This document shows, one piece after another, positions 25,562-37,833 of a DNA stretch of 64,000 bases. The position numbers and the translations under genes were made by a program. A model generated the notes under the pieces. That model was not told the DNA's origin. It ran no database searches and worked only from the letters and a program-made list of their open reading frames with translations. The stretch lies in NCBI GenBank assembly GCA_026026165.1, contig JAPEUD010000074.1, positions 1-64,000 on the forward strand. The letters are read 5' to 3'. The stretch comes from Sarea resinae (lineage: Eukaryota). Numbering within the stretch: position 1 is the stretch's first letter; every line of letters begins with the position of its first letter.

Positions 25562-27752
25562 TTCAAGTGGAAGAGAGAAGGTCAAGAGGGAACAAGAAAA
25601 TTGATAGAAAGGGGAAAAAGAAAAATTAGTAGAAAGGGGCAAGAGGAAGGGAAAGGAGAATCAGTCTACGGCGCCATCGATGAAATCCAATTCTATCCTA
25701 GCCATCATTATAGTAGTAATAATCTCACTAGTACCGTATATATGTGCTGGTTTCTGACAAAATTCAACTCCCTATGGCCCACACTCTCCGCACCCTAGTA
25801 ACCTTCAGCTAATCCTTAATAAAGTTTTACTCTTTTCTTCACCGTAGAATTCACGACTGAAGCAACAAAGACCGTAAAGAAGCATCGAAAAAAGGAAAGG
25901 ACGCCATAAATCTATAAGTCTATCAACATAGCCCTTACCGTACGCTCGCGTTGTCCATAATCTCCCTGTCCCGAACCACCCCCTACCATCCACCTGCCCA
26001 TTAATCCATAACCCTCAGCCAAGACCGTCATGGGATCCAGTAAGAAATCCACTCTAGAGCCAGACCTACGGAAGAGGTGTTTGATCCAGCTACATCCATC
26101 CCACCCACTCACTCACTCCTAGCAAAACTCGTACGGTGCATTGATGGAAACAAAGATCCTTAGCGCCGAGAATCTTTGAGAGGAGTGAGTAGAGAAAATC
26201 CACACTGTCTGACTGAATGGGACAAGGGAAATTCAAGGATTCCTCTTCCCCTGCTTCTCTGCTTCGGCTTTGCTTGAGGTTTCCCTGCCCCCCCTCCTCT
26301 CTCTCTCTCTCTCTCTCCTAGCTGTCCTATCTTTGCTCGAGCTGTCATTTCCTTCTCCGGACTCAGGCCTTTCAGCTACGATACTTCTATAGCTACAAAC
26401 AAAAAAGGAGAAATCAATCTTAGCTCAATGCCATTCGTGTTCGGCGTCAAGAGACCAACAAAGCCGATGATCCATGTACGAAGTACCTCAGCTGGCTTCC
26501 ACGCCTTTATGCTCCCCCCCCCCCTCCTCCCTCCCTTTCCCAGACCTCTACCAAATGCCCACCCCCTACCCCCAAACCTCTTCGATTCCATCTCAATAAT
26601 CTCAATAATCTCAACCCGACAAGACATTCCCACCATAGCAAGCAGCTCGCGCGACATCCCATCCATGGCGATCCACGAGCTAGTAATATCACAATTTCGT
26701 TCCTCTCTCTCACATCTCAGTCTTAGCCCCTCCATCCATTCCTCTTATTCTTCATTCTTCAATTTTTCTTTCCCCTTTCTTTTTTCCCCCTGTATGTACT
26801 GGGCTGTGACTAACTGCCCAAGCGCCCTACGAATGAGAGGGTATGCTATCGTTCTTCGCTCTCCTGCCTCCCCACTGTCCCATCTATCTACCTACCTATT
26901 CACCTACCTACCTGCTTTTGAACCTGTCGACATGCTTCAATGTCCATTTTGATTCCATCGCCGCACAGTAGCAGCAGCAGCAGCAGCAGCAGCGCCTAGT
27001 AATTTCTTTATCAAGACCCACACCCACAACTCAACTTGGTGGCTTTATGGCTTACGTAGTGGCGTACCCTCGAACGCTCCAAGTCCCCAAGTGTCAATGT
27101 CAAACAAAGACCTGTTTCTCCCCTATCCCATACCCCACGACATCCCGTGGTTTCCCCTTGTGGTTGCCGTACCGCCCCCTAGTAAAAAAAAAAGAAGGGT
27201 TTCAGGCTCGCTCCTTTTTCACCGGCGGCACATAGAGGATCCATCATACGGGGCATGGCCCGATCTAGATCCCCCCCCCCCCCCCAAAACCCGCCCACAT
27301 CCCCAAGACTCGTCGTATTTGTTCAAAGAACATATATCTCGAGGAAAAGGGCAATCCTTTCACTTTGGGGCGATTTTATTATTATAATACTTTATAGGTA
27401 CTAGCTCATAGTGAGCGGACCATTTGCGATTCCCTTGACACACCACCCCCTGATACATTGAAACCCAGAGCCGGAAAAAAAAAATAAAGACCAAAACGCC
27501 ACCAATTTCTCCCGAGGCCCTGCGCCAATTCTCCTGTAGTCCTGGGCTAGTCTTCGAATTCCAATGTAGGCATACATATCGCTGTGATTTTAATCTTTTT
27601 GGCTTGGTTTGGTTTCATAGTGTTGGGGGAAAAAAGGAGAGTCTCGCGATAGCAAACCAATACTTCTCCTGACATACTACTAATGTACTGTCACTTATCC
27701 ATTAATGCATCCAATCCATCTATCTACATCATTTCCACACAGCCACTCTCTT

Positions 27753-29534
27753 CTACGCTCGGAACGCCTTCGCAAAGAATGGCGTCGCGGAAGCGTAGCT
27801 CGAACTCATAGCACCGAAAGTACTAGCAGCAGCAGTACTGCTCGCAGCAGCAGTGGCGTAAGCGGTGGCGCCCGAGGTGCTGAAGAGGATCGGACCTGTG
27901 CCCGCGGCCTTGGGGTTGCCAAAGGTTTCGTAGCCAGTTGGTTCCGCGGTCGAAGAAGCTCCGCTGAGGAACGAATAGGCTGCGGTGGAGTAAGCGGCGG
28001 GTGGGATGCCGGAGATGGCGCCGCTTCCTGACGCAGACGCTGATGCGGATGCGAACTCAGTGGCGAAGACGGAAGAGATGGCACTCTTGGCCAATGTTGC
28101 GCTTGGGATACCTGACGAATTGGTGATTTCCTTGATGCTGGACGTGGTGGAGTTGAATTTCGTAGGGGCGAGAGACACTTCGTTGTGCGTAAGGTCATAG
28201 ACGACGTAGGCGCTGCGGAGGAAAGTGTCACCGAGGATAGCTTCGCCGTCTCCCCCGTAGCTGATGCCGAATTGGCATGCTGGCCTGCCATCGGCGAACT
28301 CGGCAGGTGGGTCGTTGGGCCAGACAAGTTCGCTCAGAGGCACACGAATTGTAACGGAGCTGAAGGTATAGTCGATGGTGGTCTTGTTTGTTGCGAGCGA
28401 GCAGGGCACGAAGGGTGTCTCATCGTCGAAGTCATAGAGCACGTTGAAGAGGTTGTAAGTCTGGTTGACGATGACATCCGGGAGGATGGTGTTGGTGGTG
28501 CCAGAGTCGAGGAGCGCATACACTGGAGTATTGTTGAAGACGCCGGTGGTCTTGCCGTTCGTGTAGCCAACGCTTGACATGGCAACGACGAATTCTCGAT
28601 AGACGCCATCTTCGCTCAGGACAGGAAGAGTCTCCAGCTCGCCGGTAAACTTATCAGTGTCGACGCCGCCAAATAGAATGGACCCTTCAGATGCGTCCAA
28701 GTCGTTGAGCCATAGACTGTACGCTTTTGCCTTGATGAGGCCCGCATTTAGCAGGGCCTGCGGTAGATTTGTGTATGTGATATTGTTCTCCGCTGCCTCG
28801 GCCTCGTCCTTTTCATAGCCGATGCCCATGACGCCCTCTGCGCTCAGGAGTCAGTCACGGTATGAGGATTGATTATCTTGGTAGGAGACTAACCAGCATT
28901 GCTCGAGTTGTACCCGATACCAAATTGGAAGCCTGGCACCTTGACGCCGCCAATATGAAGAACGTCCTTTGCGAAGTCGCCATAAGCGCCAGTTCCGTCG
29001 CCGTATGTAATATCAAAGTCACTTGAAACATATTTGTAAGTCGAGGATTTGTTCGCATCGTCTGAAATATCGTCAGTGTCTAGCACCTGTAGGGGCAGGG
29101 AAGGGCTGTCTCACATGTTCCATAAGATGTGCAAGGGTCCTCGTCGGATGTGCAGTAGGTTGAATTGGGAGTGTTAACATAGAGATCGCTGCTACCTGTG
29201 TCGATCTGTACACTAATGGCTTGGGGTGGTGTGCCTAAGGTAATGTTCGCAATGTACAACTCGCGCTGCCTAGGTCAGTAATGGGCTTCAAACAAAGAAG
29301 TTCTGGATATCGACACACATCATCTGACTGGCTGAGATTCTCCAAAACCGTTCCAGGAGGAGCCCTTCTTTGCAGTTGACGTCCACGGGCTTGCGCAAGA
29401 GGGTCGGCAGACCTCTTCTGTTTCGTACTCATGTGAAAAACTGACGGCGAAGTATTGGGCTGCGACAGCTGGATGGCCTCCGTGCCCGCCAGCAGGAGGC
29501 CTAACGTGAGCGAAAAGAGAGCGAGCGACTTCAT
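27753..29534 (-). CDS. Secreted pepsin-like aspartic protease (yapsin/OpsB-like), 4 exons
   Basis: Signal peptide MKSLALFSLTLGLLL, pro-region ending RR, catalytic motifs IDTGSSDL and LLDSGTT, ILGDTFLRSAYVVYD, and a Ser/Ala-rich tail. Confidence 0.93.
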
Positions 29535-29948
29535 GGCGTGCTTGCTTGCTGAAGTTGTCACGATAGCAAAAGGATTGGATTTGTGCAAAGAGCAGGGTAT
29601 ATCGATCTTTCGGCGCGTAGGGCTCAGAATGTGAAGAGCACACGGACGAGAAAAGAGACGCAAACACTAGAGAACAATAGGAAAGAGAAAGTCCGTGGGA
29701 CCCTGAAATTCGATCCGAGGCTTGTCTGATTCTGAAGATGTATTCTAGAAAACGGAGTAGACAGTCTCTTTATAAATCCGTCGACTGGGACATTACGCAA
29801 AGAGTCTGACAACCACGACTTCACGTAACGTGCGCATATTCTTTGGAAGGAACGTGCTGCAGACTAAAGACAGAAGGATACAAGATCCGATTCGGTGCCG
29901 CCATGCCCATAGCCACAGGCTAGCCCCTTGAGCCTCGTCGAGATCCAT

Positions 29949-30004
29949 CCTTGATCCTTCGTCCTTGATCCTTCGTCCTTGATCCTTCAGCCTTGATCCT
30001 TCAG
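29949..30004. repeat. 14-bp tandem repeat CCTTGATCCTTC(GT/AG) x4 upstream of the protease
   Basis: Directly visible. Confidence 0.9.
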
Positions 30005-31047
30005 CCTTTGGCCTTCTTTTTTGGCCTACTACCGCTGCTCAACATCAACCACAACGCTAAAGATGGCAGGGCCAGGTACAGAACGATTCATTATTCGTTC
30101 CCTTCCTGGTCGTTGTTGGTATGCCCAAGGCAGATCAGTGGCGGAGTGTTCTTTATCGGCCGTGCTAATTGCTATTCTGGTACTATGTAGGCGCTTGACG
30201 TTATGGAACCTGTCGATCGTCTCGAGCTGCGCAATAACAGGAATAGCGGCAACTCTAGGGACAAGGCCCATGCCAACTTGGAAGTGACCTGAGGAGTACT
30301 TTGGACGTGAAGACTTCCAAGGCGGGTACCTCGCACCAGTAGGTACTTCGTACTCGACGCAGTAGACACTGCGCCTTGCTGGACATGGTCCATGGCCGTT
30401 CGAATCTTGCAAATGGAGGTGACTTGCCCCACTGTACTGCGCAGTAGCAGGCAGCACTCAATGGCATCCATGGATGGATTCCACCCCTTCCTTCGACCAG
30501 CAAACGCTTAGCCTTTGTGCGAAACACCATCATTTCATGTTTCTCCGTCCTCTGAAGCGAATCAATCTCGCTCCCGGCCTGGCAAGCGTGGTGTGCTCTC
30601 ATGAATTCGGAAGCTGAAGATCAGAAATGTACTGTACGAGTAACCACGACACGTGGCTGCAATAAGCTTAATGGAAGGAATGGGTTGGGGCTATGCCCGC
30701 CAGCCATCGCGTTTGTCTTGGAAAGCAAGCCATGACAGAAGAACTCGTTCCTTCTTCCTTCCGTCTCGCTACTGCGTCAGGTAAACCGACGAAGGGCTGC
30801 CGAGGTCAGCATGCATCTACGGATGCTTGTGTAATGACGAAGGATACAGTCTCACGTCGAAAAAAAGTGGCACAAAAGAAATGTAAAATGGCAGCAGCAG
30901 TGAAGTGTCATGACATCGTGCACAACTGCCTCGTCTTTTTGAATTATTCTGCTGTAGACTCCATCTGGAAACTACATGCGCTCTACGACGGAACGACACA
31001 AACCCCAGGTACCGGATACGCAGTCAAAGAAACAAGCCCACATGCAC

Positions 31048-32623
31048 CTAGTTCATCTGCCTAATCAAAGCGTTGATCTTGTCCTCCCGGTTGCCCAAGT
31101 CGCCACCCTCAACAAAGTGCTTGAACTTTCGGGGACGGAAGCCACCAGTGGGGTTGCTGAGCTTGAAGGGCCAAAGGAAGTTGCTGGCTTGCTTGAAGTT
31201 GGGGCCGACCGAGTACAGCTCGTGGATCAAGTCCTCCATGCAGACGATGCCATACTTGCCGAGGTTGGCCTCGATAAGAGCGTTGTCGGTGAGAGGAATG
31301 CGCTGCTTGTCGATCTTGCCATAGCCGCGCTTGTAGACGAGCTCACGGATGGACTTGAGGTTGGGGTAGCCGTAGGCGATGTAGGGCTCGACAATCTTCA
31401 GCATCTCAGAGGTAGCCTTGGTAAGACGAACAAAGACACCGTTGTTGATCTGAAGAAGACGGAGAAGCTGGAGAATCTTGCGGGGCTTGGGAGCAATCTT
31501 GTTGATACTGCAAACAAAGACACATTAGCGTTGATCTTCCAATTTCGGCATTCCAGATTCTAAACTCACCCCTTGATGCGGACGACAAAGACCAACTTGG
31601 GCTCGGCCGGGACGTAGTAAGAGCCATCTTGCTTGCTCAGGCGAGCAAGGCGGACCTTCTCACGCTCTGCATCGCGGTACTCCTTCACGTAGCTCTCGGC
31701 ACGCTTGAAGATAACGCCACGCTTCTCCTTTTGGGCCTGTATTGAAGACAATTGTTAGCGATTGTGATGCTAATTGTTGAGTATAGAACATCGGAGCTCC
31801 AATTGACGATTCAGTCCCGAAAGATGGTTAATTAAAGCGACAGCATTGCCCCGTAGGGCTAGTCGCGTGGTTGGTGTTTTAATCACTATCGTCTCCTTCC
31901 CATAATATCCCAAAGAATTGCCGGAAATAAAGTAGAGCACAAACTAACCTTTCTCTTCTTGTCAAGCTCGGAAGCACGCTCCTCACGCTGCTTCTCTTGG
32001 CTCTTGCGCTTCTTCAAAAGGGTCTCGGGGACGAGGATCTGGTCCTGAGTTGGCACGCTCCTATAAACATCCAGAAGATACAGTGTCAGATTGGTCTGTC
32101 CGCGAACGGGAAAACTCAATTGCGCCGAGCTAAGAATTGCAGCTGAAGCACGGCATTCTCGGACTGGAGGCATGACTCGACGACATGAATTTAATCGGTG
32201 AGACTGATCGGCGACAACTACTAAGGCCTTTCTCCCCAAGGAGCAGAAGACCGTTCGCTGTTCCGTGGGGTCCCATCCAACAATACCTCAAACAAATGTT
32301 CGAGAGATATGCGCGCACAACGTCAACCTCCTAGTGGCACTCGCAAGCCTGAAGCCGGCTATTGCCCTGAAGGTTGCAGGCGGCAATACATTTCAAGGAG
32401 AAAATTTGAATCTTCAACCTCAAGACCCCGACACTGTCGTACATCAGGCACTCTTTCGAGGCCGGAGACGAATGTAGTGCCTGGACGAATCGAGCTGGGG
32501 CTAACTTCGTGCAGGACGAGAGTACAGCATCTCCAGCGAGCGGAACCACGACTTCATCTGACCACTGGCATCGGGCAATCAGCTCGAAAGGGAAAAGGGT
32601 CATGCATACGTTTGAGGGGCCAT
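31048..32623 (-). CDS. RPL7: 60S ribosomal protein L7 (uL30); exons 32610-32623, 31949-32060, 31570-31736, 31048-31507
   Basis: [24 protein letters not shown]...[24 protein letters not shown]...[15 protein letters not shown]. Start context CAAAATGG. Confidence 0.97.
31805..31893 (-). ncRNA. Intronic box C/D snoRNA, snR39/snR39b/snR59 family, in RPL7 intron 2
   Basis: Terminal stem GACGAT/ATCGTC, C-box GTGATTA and D-box CTGA. The guide ACCATCTTTCGGG is complementary to the conserved LSU rRNA segment CCCGAAAGAUGGU. Confidence 0.88.
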
Positions 32624-33087
32624 TTTGAAAATTGTCGACGTCGAATGGCCGGTTCTTCCTGGTTTGGTTGTCGTTGTCGAGTCGAGGGCTGGAGAGAAAG
32701 TCGAAATCGTCGCGGCACTCAGTTTCGCTTTCGCTGTCGCTCTCGCTTAACTGATCACCGTACCATGTAGTGTGGGTGAAGGGTGTTAGGGTTACGGCCT
32801 TGGAAAACCCTGGATGACTAAGGCAAGAGAAGCCCGACAACTGACAGGAACGGCGTATCGAGGTACTGTGAGGTGCCCTACGGAGTACTTTGTACCTACC
32901 TGGTAGGGTTATCGATTACAAAGATAGTATCTAGTAGAGAGTGGATAGTATCGTCATGTGTAAGGTAGGTATGAAGGGTAATAGGTAAGGCTGGGGCACA
33001 GGAGGAAAAGGATCCTATGGGTTTCCAACTATCGCGACAATAACCATCCATGGACGTCGGCAGGCGTTGTCCTTTTCTTACGGCTTC

Positions 33088-33925
33088 ATGAACACCAAAC
33101 GTAAGGCGGTCGGGCTCTCCGCCTTTTCCGCCCGGTCCCAAACCGCATCCTCATACGCCTCACACGGCGACTACCTGCGAACCTCGCACCTCACGTCCCT
33201 CCAAACCCAGCTCTCCGTCTTCCAGTCACTGCTCCACCAATTCTCCCTGACACATGCCAAGGATATCAGGTCGGACCCAGCCTTCCGCGCCGAGTTCGCG
33301 CGCATGTGCAATGCCATCGGTGTGGATCCACTCGCAAGCAGCAATGCTGCCAGCCGAGACGGCAAGAAGGAGGGCAGTATCTGGGCCCAGATGTTGGGCG
33401 GCAGCGTCAACGATTTCTATTTCGAGCTGGCCGTGAGGGTGGTGGAGGTATGCAAGGACACGAGAGCGGAAAATGGCGGGCTCATCGGAGTCGATGAGGT
33501 CAGGTTGAGGGTAACAAAGGGGCGTGGCATTGGAGGAGGCATGCAAGTGTCTGAGTAAGTGGATCTCATGCAGTTCTGGCTCCTAGAGGAATGTGAGCCG
33601 ACAGTACTACAGTGATGATATACTTCGAGCAGTCGGTTCTCTGAAACCACTTGGCTCTGGCTTCACGCTGCCTACGATCGGCGGCCGGCCCATGATACGT
33701 TCCATACCAAAAGAACTGAACACGGATCAATCTACCGTCCTTGAAGCCATACAAGTACTTGGATATGTCACTGTATCAATGTTGCACGACAACTTAAACT
33801 GGGAAGTGGCCAGAGCAGAGACAGTCCTTCAAGATTTACTCACCGACTCTCTGGTTTGGGTAGACCAACAAGCCGAAGAAGCAGAATACTGGTCACCAAC
33901 TGTCATTCATGATGCTGGCGAATGA
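33088..33925 (+). CDS. SNF8: ESCRT-II subunit Vps22/Snf8 (EAP30), 2 exons
   Basis: RKAVGLSAF, FRAEFARMCNAIGVDPL, DFYFELAVRVVEVC, RSIPKELNTDQ and LVWVD. Confidence 0.93.
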
Positions 33926-34072
33926 CAGCGATGATGCCAGTTGGAGAACTTTATGCCATTTCATTATTTAACCTAAGAAGCAAGCACTGCGCCGGAGTTT
34001 TGGCGTCTATGAGAGAAGTAGACATAAGACATAGAAATCGATGCATATTCAGCTTGAAACCGTTCGTGCACG

Positions 34073-36833
34073 CTAAGCCTTTACAGCTCCACCAAGAGCA
34101 CCACCAGTGAACTGTCCTCCGCCCGGTCGTCTGCCTTGTCCGCCATGCGCGCCTCTCCCTTCACCCCCCCGTCCCCTTCCGCCTCGTCCACCGCCGCGAC
34201 CACCTCGACCACCCTGTCCTCCACTTCGTTCAAATGCGTTGGCTGTACCTTGTGTTCGTTGCTCCAGTACCCGCTCGTTTGACTCGATCAATCCGCTAGC
34301 CTTGTCGCTCAAAGTCAGAGCCATGCTCTGTAGCCTTGATAGCTCGACGCCCTTCCTGAATATGATCGCACTGTTGACTTGATCCAGAGCCGCCGCAAGC
34401 TCTTCATGTGAGATCATTTTACTCACAATGGCAGCAACCTTGCGTTCGGACAGGTCAAACATCGAGGCGAGTGTGCCGACAGATAGGGTATCGTAGAATG
34501 GCGCATATGTGAACAGGTAAGTGCGAAGACCTTCCTCTTGGATTTGTTCCGAAAGCATCTGCTTGATCTTCTCTGGCTGCGACATCAGGTCCCAGATCTT
34601 GATTGCGTGAATGAACTTGGCGGACTTCTCCCATTCCCCTGCCGCGAGAGCTTTTGACGCTTGCATAACATGATCACGCGTATTTTCTGGGGGTCCGGTG
34701 AAGATTTGGCGTTCGTGGTATTCCAGCATCCGCCGATATGTCTTGCTAATGATCCGTTTCCGAATATCGGGGGAGGAGCCAGTCTGCGCAAGAAGAGGGA
34801 TCTCAAGCAGCATAGAACAGGTCAAATAGACGCATTCAAGTAGCTCCAGATTGATATGCATATGGAATGGTAGCTGGCGTTGACGTTCTAACCTCTCTTG
34901 TTCAGGCGAGACTTGAGAGTATCTCTGCATCTGGACACCCTGGGCTAACAACTCTTTCTGACGACCGCTACCACAGATCTCTTGCAGTGAATTTTGTGCT
35001 TCGTAGATAAGACCGGAGCGGAATGCGCAAAGGCCGACTTGAACGAGGGTACGGTTGTAGAGAATTTGCGTGTTGATGTCAAAGCTGCTAATGGTCTCTT
35101 GGAGATGAGACATCAAAAGCATGTCCCGAGATCGGTAGTACTGGTCATGGAGAGCAAGGAAATAGACCTGACAGAGCATAGCGCGGGCGCGGATAATGCC
35201 CTCACTATATTGGAAGAGATAGGTACAGAGGGTCTGCACGAGGGAGGTGGTATCCGCGGCGTCGGATCTTGGGGTAATCAAAGAGTCGAGAATGGAAGGT
35301 ATAGCTTTCCAGGTATTGTCCTCTAGAATCGTCACAACAGATGATGGCTATATTCAAGGATCGAGTCAGCAAAGGTTGCCTCGAGTCTCGACTCCACTGG
35401 ATAATGCTTGCCTTGAAGTAGATATGCTCTAATCTTCGCATAACAATGCGATTTAGAGACTCCTGAGGAACATCCAGTTTTTCATCTTTCTTCAAATTCT
35501 CCACGTAAAGTAGTGCGCGCACAACCCTAGTGTACAGCAGTCCCTCATCTGCCAGCCTCTCAATATATTCGGCCGTATGGGGATCGATGTGTTGCAGAGA
35601 TCGGGTTAATTCATCGTCGAGTCTCTCCACGAACGACACAATGCTGCCTGGGATCCGAAGTTTCTCGCCTGGCGCTGCTGTAGGCAGCTTATCATCGTCT
35701 TCCCACTCTTCGGCATTTTCGACGACTACCAAGGTGGGATTTGCCTCTAGTTCGTCCAGGAGAGTGCCAAATTCGCGTTCGGCGCTAATGAAATGTGTGA
35801 GATAGTTCCTGGTATACGGGTAGCCGTACTTACAGCTTCCATTGATCCTGAGGCAAAAATGTGGCAGATGATGTAGTCATATCAAAGCGAGTCGAGATCA
35901 ACGTGAGTAGAACCCGTATCTTCTGGTACGGCGATGTGGCGACTTCAAGCAGCCTCTCCATAACTCGAACTTGATCCAGTCGGTCAGTGTTCTTCTTGCC
36001 CCGAGATTCCACGATTGCACGCAGATGCTTGAGGATGCTTTCAGGAGTATATTGCAATGTCTTTCCACCTCTACCAACCATTGAGAAGCCTTCATCGTCG
36101 GCGCTGAAAGCCTCTCCGGCAGCAAATGAAGCTTTTGATTTCTTCGGTTTCTCAACCGGAACAGCTTCCAGCTCTTCTTCTGGTGCCATGTACTCGTCCT
36201 TATTAGCACGATACAGTTCGATTTCCTTTGCGTAGTCTTTGTTGTTCTTTCGGATACGTTGCTTAACAGCATTGAGACCCCTGGCATTCGTAGCGTTCAT
36301 TTTCTTCGTAGAAACCTTCTGCTTGGCCAGCGTCTCGTTCATGAAGTCTTCCAGGTCCGCAATAGCTTTGACATACAGCTTAGGTGCCGGGCCAGATTGC
36401 AGAAGTTTGGGAAGCTGGCGATTCAGCTTATCAAATTCTGTCGGGAGGTCAGTCCCGTCCCAGTCTCCAAGCCCCTGTGTACGGTCCTACCTGCAGATAT
36501 GACAGCCCAGTCATTAATCTTTTCGGCATTTTCGATTAATTTAATAGTGCCTTCCAGCTCCTCGAGTCTCTTATCCTTGGCGCTCTTCACGATCGTCACT
36601 TTGTCCTCGTCCTCGCTTTCTTCGCTCTCCGAAACATCTTTCAAGAACATGGCAGCTCCGGTCGGCCGCCCTTCAGCGTCGGAATCGGATCCATCTGCAT
36701 CAGAACCTTCCTCCTCCTCACTAGATGATTCTTCAGATGCTTGCTCCGCTTCCTCTTCCTCTTCGCTGTATAGCTCCTCGTCCTCGGAAGAGCTCTCACT
36801 GGAGCTGTCGCCCGCGTGGAAGAACCGAGACAT
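34073..36833 (-). CDS. NIP1: Translation initiation factor eIF3 subunit c (4 exons, one GC-AG intron)
   Basis: MSRFF plus acidic N-terminus, [40 protein letters not shown], a PCI domain and an RGG tail. Confidence 0.97.
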
Positions 36834-37833
36834 GATGGCTGACGGCAAAAAGAGATTAGGTTAGGCAACGGAAAGGTCGTGCTGAACGCGCGGTGGGTTT
36901 GCGATGGGTCGAACGTGTCGTCGCCAAGTCGTTGATTGACTTCTCCACTGGCTGAGGCGGCGAACTTTTAGCGAGGTAACTTCTACAATCTGATGAGTAG
37001 GGCTAGCCCTCCTAGATGAATAACGGCGATGTCCGACGGCTGAAAGCAATAGTAAATTACTCGAAATAGAAAAAGAGTCATCCGTCAGAGAATACCTGTT
37101 GAGTCACAGTATGATCGCACGTCCTGAAAGCCCTGATTAAGAGGCGTGATCTAATTGAGTGATGCAGCGGTGAATCTGCCGGCGTTGGGGCCTCGCTCAC
37201 TGATTCCTCTTTGCGCAAACGCTCAGTGTATCGATACTAGCATTACATAAAGTAGCTTAGTAAGGTGGTTACTTGGGCGTAAAGGGCTTCAACCAATGCA
37301 CGGAGGGTAACACCCAAAAATGTTGTGAGGGTTGGCAATCACCGCTGGTCTAGCTAGGGAAAGGGGCGAACACAGGTAGCTGCGTGAGAGGAAGACAAGC
37401 CTCGCAGGTAAAGAGGAGTCGAAAGAGATGTATTGAAAGCGAGAAAGAAAAGAGTCAAAGCGGGAGAGCTCAGAAAAAGATGTAAGAGCAGTAGATAGGG
37501 GCTGCGACGGCATATATTTTCTTAATCACGTTACGGCTGTTCAGATATTCATGGGCCAGACTCCTCCAAGTTCTATCTTTCCTCGTAGACATAATGAAGC
37601 TGTAAGACGTATACCTATCTGCAAGTCCGAAGAACTCTAATGTATAGGCGCCTGATACGCGGCCTTGCGCGCTCGATTGGCTGCTGTATGATGCTTTCTC
37701 TATTGTGCTGCTCTAGACTGCGTCAGTACATGACCGGTGTTCCGCACGCCCATTCCCAAAGAAAAATAAATATTAGCTAAGATTGCAGACGAGCAGCGTT
37801 GCCAAAGGCCATGAATCATCATTTGTATCTCTT

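Noticed and set aside
26428..26952. 174-aa ORF and the overlapping reverse ORFs
   Set aside because: These are translations of pyrimidine-rich low-complexity DNA with no domain-like content.
32786..32794. TAACCCTAA as a telomerase RNA template or interstitial telomere
   Set aside because: It is a single 1.5-repeat copy in the RPL7 promoter with no room for a TER transcript, and is better explained as a promoter motif.
37281..37290. AAAGGGCTTC resembling the U11 snRNA 5' end
   Set aside because: The match is 10 nt only, downstream U11 structure is absent, and no U12-type introns are seen in the window.
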